This document shows positions 21,035-30,200 of a DNA stretch of 64,000 bases, piece after piece. The first letter of the stretch is position 1, and every line of letters starts with the position of its first letter. Made by a program: the position numbers and the translations under genes. Origin of the DNA: Candidatus Latescibacterota bacterium. GTDB taxonomy: Bacteria; Latescibacterota; UBA2968; UBA8231. Under the pieces are notes generated by a model. That model was not told the origin of the DNA and did no database searches. It saw only the letters and a program-made list of their open reading frames with translations. The stretch covers positions 2,464,001 through 2,528,000 of the forward strand of contig OZ241889.1 in NCBI GenBank assembly GCA_965203355.1, given 5' to 3'.

Positions 21035-21628
21035 ATGGCAGAATATTTGGACGCTCTACTCGCGGCCCTGTCTGGCGTCGATCCGCTGTGGGCGTATGGC
21101 ATCTTGCTGCTTAGTGCCTTTTTGGAAAACATCGTGCCACCCATACCGGGCGATACGGTGGTGGTGTTCAGTGCCTATTTGGTCGGGCGCGGCCTCTTGG
21201 ATATATGGTCGGTTTTTCTGGCGATTTGTGTTGGGGGTATGGCCGGCTTTCTGGTCATGTACTACTTGGGGTATAGCCGGGGGCGCGCCTTTTTCGCTGG
21301 CCGTCGGGGTACGGCGAGGCTGGCCCAAGCCGAGCAATGGCTCAGTCGCTACGGCGTCGCGCTCCTTTTAGGCAACCGATTTTTAAGCGGCATTCGGTCG
21401 GTCATCGCCATTGGTGCTGGTCTGGGACGCATGCCTTGGCCGACGGTCGTGCTCTGCGGCGCGATTGGCATGGCCGTTTGGAATGGACTGCTGCTTTACG
21501 CTGGAATTTTGGTGGGTGAAAACTGGGAACAGGTCGCGGAGCTACTCGCACAATACAATAGATTATTAGCGGGGCTCCTATGCTTGGTAGGGGCTGTACT
21601 CACTTGGCGTTGGTGGCGCAAGCGTTGA
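21035..21628 (+). CDS. DedA family membrane protein
   Basis: ENIVPPIPGD and NRFLSGIRS motifs with hydrophobic helices. Confidence 0.9.
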   Translation: MAEYLDALLAALSGVDPLWAYGILLLSAFLENIVPPIPGDTVVVFSAYLVGRGLLDIWSVFLAICVGGMAGFLVMYYLGYSRGRAFFAGRRGTARLAQAEQWLSRYGVALLLGNRFLSGIRSVIAIGAGLGRMPWPTVVLCGAIGMAVWNGLLLYAGILVGENWEQVAELLAQYNRLLAGLLCLVGAVLTWRWWRKR

Positions 21629-21653
21629 CAAGCACGGATAGAGGGCTTATAAT
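21625..21653 (+). promoter_or_regulatory. Perfect-consensus sigma70 promoter
   Basis: TTGACA-N17-TATAAT. Confidence 0.8.
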
Positions 21654-21699
21654 AAAAATTTTCGTACATTATAGGCAGCGGGCAGAGAAAAGAGACGAT

Positions 21700-22428
21700 A
21701 TGGCATATCGTAAAGATCCCGATTTAGAGTTCTTGAAAAACGTTCCGAGTGCTAATCTAAATGAACTTGTCGATTATTTAACCAAAGATAAAGATGGGAA
21801 TCTGCGGTTGACAGAAGAACTAACGGATAATTCGCGGTACAAATCCGATTGCCCTGATCACCATCAATACTGGGATTTGATAGCTGCTGAGCTCCAATAT
21901 TTCGGTGCAAATACTATCGCAACGATTCTCAGAGGCGGTGAAGGTGTACCTTATAGGGAGATATTGACCGACGTCTGTAACAAGATGAAGGTAAACTACA
22001 ATCAGGCCGCCAGAGTTGGTGCGATCGAAATGAATCTTTTAATGAAGGTCTTGACTGACTCAATGGAAAAGATGAGCCCTGATGACCTAAAGGCAGTTGT
22101 TGAAGAGCTAAATCTGAATACAACGGATTTTACGGGTCCAGCAGTTGCAGCCGCACTACAGGGGGCAGTCTTTTACAGCGGCTTTGCAGCATATCAAATG
22201 GCGACTATAGTAGCAAATGCGGTTGCTAAACAGCTACTTGGTCGAGGGTTGACCATTGCTGCAAATGCCACACTGACGCGCACTATAGGGATGTTTGCCG
22301 GACCAATTGGGTGGGCTTTGACAGGTCTTTGGACGATAATTATCATTGCGGGGCCTGCCTATCGCGTTACAATTCCTGCCGTGATTCAAGTCGCGTATCT
22401 CCGTGTGAAAACACAGTACGAAAGCTAA
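21700..22428 (+). CDS. DUF3944/YaaW-family protein
   Basis: MAYRKDPDLEFL, YWDLIAAELQYFGANT, GPIGW, GPAYRVTIPA. AT-rich relative to flanks. Confidence 0.85.
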   Translation: MAYRKDPDLEFLKNVPSANLNELVDYLTKDKDGNLRLTEELTDNSRYKSDCPDHHQYWDLIAAELQYFGANTIATILRGGEGVPYREILTDVCNKMKVNYNQAARVGAIEMNLLMKVLTDSMEKMSPDDLKAVVEELNLNTTDFTGPAVAAALQGAVFYSGFAAYQMATIVANAVAKQLLGRGLTIAANATLTRTIGMFAGPIGWALTGLWTIIIIAGPAYRVTIPAVIQVAYLRVKTQYES

Positions 22429-22474
22429 TCGGTTGGGTGGCTTTCTATAAATTAAAACACCACTATGAGAAAAG

Positions 22475-22912
22475 ATGATGAACGACATTACTCACGCCCC
22501 TAAAATGGGTGAAATCAAGCGGCAGTGGTTTGTGGTTGATGCCACCGATAAGGTGCTAGGGCGGCTGGCTTCGGAAATCGCTCAGGTGCTGCGCGGCAAA
22601 AACAAACCTGAATACGCTCCACATGCCGATGTGGGCGACCACGTCATCGTGATCCATGCCGACAAGGTAAAAGTCACGGGCAACAAGGCCGAAAAAAAGG
22701 TCTATTATCGCCACACCGGATACCCAGGTGGTTTGCGGGTCACGCCCTACAGCCGCATGGCCGAACGGCATCCCGACCGCATCATCCGCAAAGCCGTGTG
22801 GGGTATGCTGCCGCACACCAAATTGGGCCGGACGCAGCTCAAGAAGCTCCGCGTTTATGCCGGCGGCGAACACCGGCACCAAGCGCAAAACCCCCAGCCT
22901 CTCGAACTTTAA
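22475..22912 (+). CDS. rplM: 50S ribosomal protein L13
   Basis: [27 protein letters not shown]. Confidence 0.97.
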   Translation: MMNDITHAPKMGEIKRQWFVVDATDKVLGRLASEIAQVLRGKNKPEYAPHADVGDHVIVIHADKVKVTGNKAEKKVYYRHTGYPGGLRVTPYSRMAERHPDRIIRKAVWGMLPHTKLGRTQLKKLRVYAGGEHRHQAQNPQPLEL

Positions 22913-22928
22913 GCCAAAGGCACCCCCC

Positions 22929-23321
22929 ATGCCCTTAGAAAGCTATGAAGCGACCGGCCGCAGAAAGACCTCGGTCGCCCGAGTGCGGATGCAGCTCGGC
23001 AATGGCCGTATTTACATGAACGGTCGTGCGGTCAGCGAATACCTGCGCCGAGATTCCCTGGAGATGATCCTCGTGCAGCCGCTGGATCTGACCGAGACGC
23101 GGCACGCGTTCGACATCCACATTTCTACCGCTGGCGGCGGCTTGCGCGGTCAAGCCGGTGCCGCCTGCTTGGGCATTGCCCGCGCCTTGTTACAGTACGA
23201 CCCGCAAAAGCGGGAAGTGTTGAAGAAGGGCGGTTTTTTGACGCGCGATGCCCGCGAGAAAGAACGCAAGAAGTACGGATTGGCCGGTGCCCGCAAGCGC
23301 TTCCAATTCTCCAAGCGCTAG
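22929..23321 (+). CDS. rpsI: 30S ribosomal protein S9
   Basis: TGRRKTSVARV ... ERKKYGLAGARKRFQFSKR. Confidence 0.97.
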   Translation: MPLESYEATGRRKTSVARVRMQLGNGRIYMNGRAVSEYLRRDSLEMILVQPLDLTETRHAFDIHISTAGGGLRGQAGAACLGIARALLQYDPQKREVLKKGGFLTRDAREKERKKYGLAGARKRFQFSKR

Positions 23322-23333
23322 TTCTATTCCAAT

Positions 23334-23419
23334 ACACACGCTTCCCGATGCACAGCAGAGAGTGGCCCGTGGACGTTAGGCGTCTGCGGGTTCTGTGTGT
23401 AGATGAAGGAGGCGGAGGC
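23334..23419 (+). ncRNA. rpsB leader (t44/S2-leader-like cis-regulatory RNA)
   Basis: ACACACGC...GGAGGCGGAGGC ends; CGCTTCC/GGAGGCG basal stem; CCCGTGGACG/CGTCTGCGGG apical stem; directly upstream of rpsB. Confidence 0.65.
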
Positions 23420-23442
23420 CCAACAAACATTGAGGAGCGATC

Positions 23443-24213
23443 ATGGCTGACTTCACTATCCGCGACTTGCTGGAAGCGGGCACCCACTTCGGGCACCAGA
23501 CCCGGCGTTGGAACCCGAAGATGCGGCCCTACATCTTCACCGAGCGCAACGGTATCCACATCATCGACCTGCAAAAGACGGTCGGCAAGGTCGAGGCTGC
23601 TTGCGAGGCCGTGCGCCAGACAGTGCGCGCCGGGCGTGCCGTGTTCTTTGTCGGCACGAAGAAGCAAGCCGCCGAACTCGTGCGGCAGGAAGCCGAGCGT
23701 TGTGGCATGTTTCACGCCACCGAGCGCTGGCTCGGCGGGATGTTGACCAACTGGCAGACCATTCGCCAAAGCATCCGGCACCTAGAACATCTCGACCGCA
23801 TCTCGACCGACGGGACCTACGAGAACCTCAAGAAAAAAGAAGTTCTGCTGCTCGAAAAAGAACGCGCCCGGCTCCAGCGGACCTTGGCCGGCATCCGCAA
23901 CATGGGCGGTTTGCCCGGCTTGGTCTTTATCATAGACATCAAGAAGGAGCACATCGCCGTGCGCGAGGCGGCCAAACTGGGCATTCCCTCCGTGGCCATC
24001 GTCGACACCAACTGCGACCCCGACTTGGTGACCTATCCCATTCCCGGCAACGACGATGCCATCCGCTCGATTGCCCTCATCACGCGCCTCATTGCCGACG
24101 CGGCGATTGAGGGTAGGGCCGAAGCCGAAGCCGAGAGAGCGGCGCGCGACGACAAGCAAGAGGCCGAACAAACCGAAGAGGCCCCGGCCAATGTAGCCGA
24201 GGCCACTACATAG
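23443..24213 (+). CDS. rpsB: 30S ribosomal protein S2
   Basis: [37 protein letters not shown]. Confidence 0.97.
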   Translation: MADFTIRDLLEAGTHFGHQTRRWNPKMRPYIFTERNGIHIIDLQKTVGKVEAACEAVRQTVRAGRAVFFVGTKKQAAELVRQEAERCGMFHATERWLGGMLTNWQTIRQSIRHLEHLDRISTDGTYENLKKKEVLLLEKERARLQRTLAGIRNMGGLPGLVFIIDIKKEHIAVREAAKLGIPSVAIVDTNCDPDLVTYPIPGNDDAIRSIALITRLIADAAIEGRAEAEAERAARDDKQEAEQTEEAPANVAEATT

Positions 24214-24238
24214 CTAGATCAACTGTTTTTGAAAGCAA

Positions 24239-24847
24239 ATGACGATGACTCAGATTACCGCACAAAGCGTACGAATGCTCCGGGAGAAAACGGGCTTGGG
24301 CATGATGGATTGCAAGAAAGCCCTGCAAGAAACCGGCGGCGACAGCGAAAAGGCCATTGAGTACTTGCGCAAGCAGGGCCTGTCCGCGGTGGAGAAACGG
24401 GCCGGCCGCGACGCTAGCGAGGGCCTGATCCAAGCGTATATTCACCAAGGCAGCCGCCTCGGGGTGTTGTTAGAGGTCAACTGCGAAACCGACTTCGTCG
24501 CTCGCACCGACGACTTCCAGACCTTTGCCAAGGATGTGGCCATGCACATTGCCGCTTCCCAGCCCTTGGCGATCGATCGGGAGGGCATTGCTGCCGCCGC
24601 CGTGGAAAAGGAGCGGGCCATCTACCTCGAACAAGCCAAAAACGAGGGCAAGCCCGAGCATATTGCCGAAAAGATCGTCGAAGGCCGCCTGGAGAAGTTC
24701 TATCAGGAAAGTTGCCTGTTAGAACAGGTCTTCGTCAAAAATCCCGACCAGACTGTCGGCGAATTGGTCACCGAGCTAACCGCCCGAATCGGCGAGAAAG
24801 TTACCGTGCGCCGCTTTGAGCGGTTCGTCTTGGGAGAAGACGCCTGA
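24239..24847 (+). CDS. tsf: Elongation factor Ts (short form)
   Basis: LREKTGLGMMDCKKAL, EVNCETDFVA. Confidence 0.97.
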   Translation: MTMTQITAQSVRMLREKTGLGMMDCKKALQETGGDSEKAIEYLRKQGLSAVEKRAGRDASEGLIQAYIHQGSRLGVLLEVNCETDFVARTDDFQTFAKDVAMHIAASQPLAIDREGIAAAAVEKERAIYLEQAKNEGKPEHIAEKIVEGRLEKFYQESCLLEQVFVKNPDQTVGELVTELTARIGEKVTVRRFERFVLGEDA

Positions 24848-24865
24848 AAGCACATTGAGGCCGCC

Positions 24866-25426
24866 ATGTTGGAAGAGGTCCTTGAAACAGTAACAGAGGC
24901 GATGGATAAAGCCGTTGAGTCCCTGCGCCGCGACTTAGCCGCTATTCGCACGGGGCGGGCCTCGGTTGCCATGCTCGACAATGTGCGGGTGGATTACTAC
25001 GGCCAACAGACACCGCTCAATCAGGTGGCGACGATTAGCGTCCCTGAGCCGCGCTTGTTGGCGATCAAGCCCTGGGAGGCCACCTTGATTCCCGCGATTG
25101 AAAAGGCCATCCTCGCCGACAAGAGCTTGGGGCTCAACCCGGCCAACGACGGTGCCGTCATCCGATTGCCCATTCCCGAACTGACCGAGGAGCGGCGGGT
25201 AGAAATCACCAAAGTGGCCCGGCAGCGGGCCGAAGAAGGGCGAGTTGCCGTGCGCCATGCGCGGCGCGACGGGATCGACTTGCTCCAAGAGGGGCAAAAG
25301 GACGGAGACATCTCCGCAGACGAGTCGCGCAATGCACAGAAAAAAGTGCAGGAGTTGACCGCTGAATACGTAGCCTCCATTGACGAGATTAGCGAAAATA
25401 AGGAAAAGGAGATCATGGAGGTCTGA
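24866..25426 (+). CDS. frr: Ribosome recycling factor
   Basis: IRTGRAS, PLNQVA, LTEERR, KEKEIMEV. Confidence 0.97.
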   Translation: MLEEVLETVTEAMDKAVESLRRDLAAIRTGRASVAMLDNVRVDYYGQQTPLNQVATISVPEPRLLAIKPWEATLIPAIEKAILADKSLGLNPANDGAVIRLPIPELTEERRVEITKVARQRAEEGRVAVRHARRDGIDLLQEGQKDGDISADESRNAQKKVQELTAEYVASIDEISENKEKEIMEV

Positions 25427-25446
25427 GCGGCCCCTGCTCTCTGGTT

Positions 25447-26331
25447 ATGCCGAAGCATGGCCTCGTTTTGTCGTTCTACTACATTCTCTGGTCCATGCGC
25501 CCCCGGCAGTGGATCAAGAATGTCTTCGTCTTTCCCGCCCTCGTTTTTTCCGCCCATCTTTTTGAATTTTCCTATCTGGTCCGCAGCTTAGGAGCGGCCC
25601 TCTGCTTTGTCTTGCTGAGCGGCGGCGTCTATTTGTTCAACGACATCTTCGACCGCCAGTACGACCGCCTGCATCCCCAAAAGTGCCATCGGCCCATTGC
25701 CGCCGGCCACCTGTCGGTCGCGTTGGCTTGGGGGGCGGCTTTGATGGCGTTGGCCCTGGCGTTGGCTGGCGCGTTTTGGCTGCACCCTCATTTGGGGTGG
25801 GTGGCTGTGCTCTACGCGGCACTCAACGCGGCGTACTCGCTCCGACTCAAGCACGTAGTGTTGGTGGATGTGCTGATTGTGGCCGCGTGTTATCTGCTGC
25901 GTGCCGTCGGCGGTGGCCTCGTCATCGAGGTGTCCATTTCCACTTGGTTTATCGTCTGCATCTTTGCGCTGGTGCTCTTCGTGGCTGTGGTCAAGCGCCG
26001 CCAGGAAATCGTGCAACTGGCGGCGGCGGCGGCCGATCACCGCGCCATTCTCAAAGAATACAGTCTGCCTTTTCTCGATCAAACGATCGCCGTCCTCACG
26101 GCTATGACCGTGGTCTGCTACGCGCTGTACGCGATGGGGGTGGGTGGCGCAGGCGATGCGCGATTGCAGTGGACGATCCCTTTTGTGCTCTACGGCGTGT
26201 TGCGCTATCTCTATTTGGTATATCACCGGGGGCAGGGGGACGACCCGACAGCCGTTGTCTGGCGTGATCGGCCTTTGCAGGTCAATACCTTGCTCTGGCT
26301 GGCGGCTAGCCTATTCGGGCTGTATGTCTAA
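25447..26331 (+). CDS. UbiA-family prenyltransferase (decaprenyl-phosphate phosphoribosyltransferase-like)
   Basis: RPRQWIKN, NDIFDRQYDRLHPQKCHRPIAAG, KRRQE. Confidence 0.88.
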   Translation: MPKHGLVLSFYYILWSMRPRQWIKNVFVFPALVFSAHLFEFSYLVRSLGAALCFVLLSGGVYLFNDIFDRQYDRLHPQKCHRPIAAGHLSVALAWGAALMALALALAGAFWLHPHLGWVAVLYAALNAAYSLRLKHVVLVDVLIVAACYLLRAVGGGLVIEVSISTWFIVCIFALVLFVAVVKRRQEIVQLAAAAADHRAILKEYSLPFLDQTIAVLTAMTVVCYALYAMGVGGAGDARLQWTIPFVLYGVLRYLYLVYHRGQGDDPTAVVWRDRPLQVNTLLWLAASLFGLYV

Positions 26332-26515
26332 CCGAGGTAAAGGGGAAGCGAGCATGGCCGCGCATTTGATTAGGAACGGGCGACCGCTCGCATTGCGCTA
26401 ATTCGGTGTATCCCGCGCCGCTCTGCGCCGATAGCGGCCTAGACGGCTCCGGCTTGCGTCAAGCCGCTAACTCAAGCTCTGAATTGCTTTGTTGCGAAGA
26501 AAAGGTAAACAAACG

Positions 26516-26579
26516 TAGCTTTACTCCCGTTGAACGGATCGCCACGCTCGGCCTGAACCCCGGCGACCCAAGCCCGACC
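26516..26579 (+). repeat. Left arm of ~65-bp inverted repeat (partner 33034-33098)
   Basis: TAGCTTTACTCCCGTTGAACGGATCGC..CCTGAACCCCGGC..CCCAAGCCCGACC matches the reverse complement of 33034-33098 with about 7 differences. Confidence 0.9.
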
Positions 26580-26629
26580 TCAACCGTACCGCGACAATTG
26601 GAGATTTCAAGACGTACCACGACCTACAT

Positions 26630-26658
26630 TTGACAAACTTCAGCTGATATTGTATAAT
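26630..26658 (+). promoter_or_regulatory. Perfect-consensus sigma70 promoter upstream of the giant gene
   Basis: TTGACA-N17-TATAAT. Confidence 0.8.
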
Positions 26659-27009
26659 TGTTAGGTTAGGTATGAAATTCACAGCGCACAGCGGCGCGTT
26701 TGAGTTATAGAACCCCGGCCGCTGGCGGCATTCTTAGTCGGATTAACAGGACATGGGCACAACGTCAATAGCACAAAGAACGCCATCGCCGGGAGCGGTG
26801 CTTGATGCAATGACGGTGCCTTGTTCTACGCTTGCGATAACGCCGAGTCCTAATCGTCATAAGTCGTTAAAAAAACAAATACTTACCCCCCCCCCCCCGA
26901 ATTTCTTGGGCATTAAGCCCTAGCTTCACTCACCAACCTATTCGCCTCGCTCCCCTTCCTCTACGGAAGCGGGAAACGGCCTTACTCTGCCCGGCCGCGT
27001 CGGTAAGCT

Positions 27010-27042
27010 CCACCGACCACTGGCCACCGGCCACTGACCACC
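27010..27042 (+). repeat. Heptamer tandem repeat CCACYGR
   Basis: CCACCGA CCACTGG CCACCGG CCACTGA CCACC. Confidence 0.75.
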
Positions 27043-27251
27043 CATCCCCATCACAAACGAAACCCCTCCTCGATAGCCTCGCGGTTATCGGCCGGCGACG
27101 TCGTAGCCCGAGCTCTCGCCGCGCGGGATTCGTCTTTTTTAACGGTAGCAAAAACGCAAGAACACAACGGCTTAGTTCTACGGCCAAGTCCATTTTCTTC
27201 TATCCCTTTCCTTTCGCCCGTGGGCGATGCTTTCCTTCAGGAGGTTGAGTA

Positions 27252-30200
27252 ATGATACATGCGAAGTTGTCCGTGCCGCGCTTGGCTTTTGTGCCTTTTT
27301 TGCTGGCGGCCATTTTGGTGTTTGGCTGGGCCGGGGAGGCTGCGGCTCAGACCGAGAACATCGACATATCTGTTGATCGGCGTTCCGTCCGCGAGGATGG
27401 AGGGGCGCAAGATATTATGATAACAGCCGAATTACGCGACGCTGACGCGAAGGCAAAGGTCGATCTTTATCTTCCGCTGAGTCTCGTCGGTGTCACGTCC
27501 CGCTATCTCAACGATTTATTCACCATATCCTTTCCCTCTTTGGTGATTAAGAAGGGCGAGCGCAAGGCGACCGGGACGATCACCATAAACCCGACAAACA
27601 ATAATCGGATTGGAATTAACGCGGCCAACGCTTCGGCGGATGTTGATACTCTGACCATAACGGGTACGGTCGATACGGCTAAGGTTAAAATGCGGGTTAA
27701 TCTTCCTATCGTGATTGACGTGGGCGGTACCACTGGAACCATCTTCGAGAAAGGCAAAACCGCCGCGTCCTATACTGAGAAAGAGACTGGTGTTACGGGC
27801 GTCTTCTATATTGAGCTGATTGACGACGATGTGTTCGTCCCCAATATCGATCTCTCTGCTTCGCCGGCCAAACTCAGCAAGCAGGCGGATGCGACTCCGA
27901 TTGAAGTGACGGCGCTGTTGAAGGGCGGCTCGTTGGCGAGCCACGACCTTAAATCCCAATTGGTTGTTTCTTCTGGCAGTGACTTCTTGACGCGCGATGT
28001 GGATTACTCGCTGAGGGGTTTGGGTTCTCTGACCATTCCAAAGCGGAGGATCGACGCGACGACTACGTTCACCCTGGATCCGAATAATAAGGATGGCACG
28101 ATCGAGCTGAGATCCAGTCCCGATACGCTGAAGGTGGTTTTCAAGAAACGGGTGAACAGCGCGGGTAAGCAGGTTCGGTTCGACTTAAGGCATGAAGGGA
28201 CCTTAAATGGAGATAATTATGTGCATTCGACAAAAGACGATGTCAAGCTTAACGAATACATTAATAACACCAATGCTACCATCGGCATTGACTTCAACGG
28301 CGATGGGGATATTGGAACAGAGGCTAATACTATTGAGGGGACTAAGATATTTGGGAGAAAATTCGTCGCATGGGCGAATGAAGACTTTAGCACCTCCGAC
28401 AAAATCCCGGCGGGGACCGTCTTGGTAGAAGCAGACTTGGGGATCGACTTTTTCGAGGATGACGATTTGTTGGATACCTATGTGGTGCCCGCCGGAAAAG
28501 TGCTAACGGAAGCAAGTCACGCCTTACTTGATGTAGGGGCCAAGACTGTCACCGGCCATGACCCTGTTCTCAAACTCCGTATTGACTTTAACGGCGATGG
28601 GCAATTCACTGACAGTGCCTTCGCCGATGGGACAGTGATAAAGCATGTGGACTCTTTTGTCATTCCTGTTGTGGTCAATCCGGGCACCATCACGGTCGAG
28701 GACGTTGCAGTCGCGACGATCAAGAATTTTACGCTGAGTCCGAAGACGATCCGCGAGGCCGCCGGCGCGACCGACGTTACGATGACGGTTGAATTGGCGA
28801 AAGCCTTGACCGGCGCGAAGGCGGTGGACTTTCAGATTACGGCGGGTCAGGGGACGCGCGATGTGCATTACGAAGTCGAGGTGATTGAGGGGCTGACGAT
28901 CCCGGTCGGCGATACGAAAGGCACGGCGACGTTGCGCGTCACGCCGGTGGACAACAGCGGTGTGAATGATGCGCGGACGTTCACGGTAAAAGCGAAGGTC
29001 GGCGACGAAGAGGATCAGACGAAGGATCAGACGTTCACGATCACGGACGATGAGACGTTGAGCGATGACATCACGCTGTCGGTCAGCCCGAGCGAAATCA
29101 AAGAGGACGCCGGGGCGACGACGGTCACGGTGACCGGCACGTTAGATGGCAAAGTGCTCGACGCGGATGCGACGATGACGTTGGTCGTGGATGGTACGCC
29201 GGACAAGTCGGCGACGCGGGACGCGGATTATACGGCGGTGCTTAGCTCGCTGACGATTCCACGCGGCGAGATCACCGGCTCGACGACGATCACGGTCACG
29301 CCCGTCAACGACGGGAAAGACGACAACGACGAGACGATCACGATCAAGCAGTTGACGGACAATCTCAAGAACCAAGACGACGACAAGATCAAGGTCGGCA
29401 CCACGAAGATCACGCTGAAAGACGCGGCGAAGATGGATGATTCTTCGGATACGCCGGCGGACACGGGCCGACCGAGTTTCGGCACTGGTGCGTTAGCCTT
29501 TGAAGCGACGGTGGGGCAGGCGTTCAGCGAGGTGTTGCCCGCGGCGACGGGCGGCCAAGGAACGCTGCGGTACCGGGTCTCGTCGGACCTGCCGATAGGT
29601 CTGTCGTTTGACACGGCGACGCGGACGCTTTCGGGCACGCCGACGCTGGCGGGCATGTCCTCGGTTATCTATGTGGCACTCGATAGCGATGGCGACAGCG
29701 GCGCAAAGACCTTCACCATAACGGTCAGCGAGGCCCCGCCGGTGACCGTGGGCGTCGCCAGCGTAATGGCTTCGCAATCGGCCGTGCGCGAAAACGGCGA
29801 CACGGCGGAAATCCGAGTTACGGCGACTCTGTCGGAGGCGGCCCCGGCGCCCGAGACGGTCCGTTTCACGATTGTGCCGCCGGCCAGCGGCGCGATGGCC
29901 ACCCGCGACGTGGATTACACGGCGGCGTTGGTGGGGACGATCACCATTGCGGCCGGGGAAAAGGTCGGTTCGACGACGCTTTTCCTGTCGCCGATTGACA
30001 ATGCTTCGGCGGACGGTCATAAGCACTTGGGTGTTCGGGCGGTGTCTTCGGGCGGTTGGGGGCAGGTGGACTTGCGGATTTCCGACGACGAGACCGCCAG
30101 CACGTCTTTGGTGGTGTCGGTAATGCCGAGCGCGATCCCCGAGTCGGCGGAATTGACGGAAGTGATGGTCATGGCCGCGCTGGACGGCAAGCCGTTGGCC

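Noticed and set aside
22728-22928. Long N-terminal extension of rpsI
   Set aside because: It overlaps rplM; S9 homology starts at 22929.
26930-27193. 87-aa minus-strand ORF
   Set aside because: Its WSVAGGQWSV pattern is simply the translation of the heptamer repeat; no other coding evidence.
26753-27252. Poly-C frameshift fusing the uORF to the giant gene
   Set aside because: An in-frame TGA at 27246-27248 and a dedicated AGGAGG RBS rule out a fusion.
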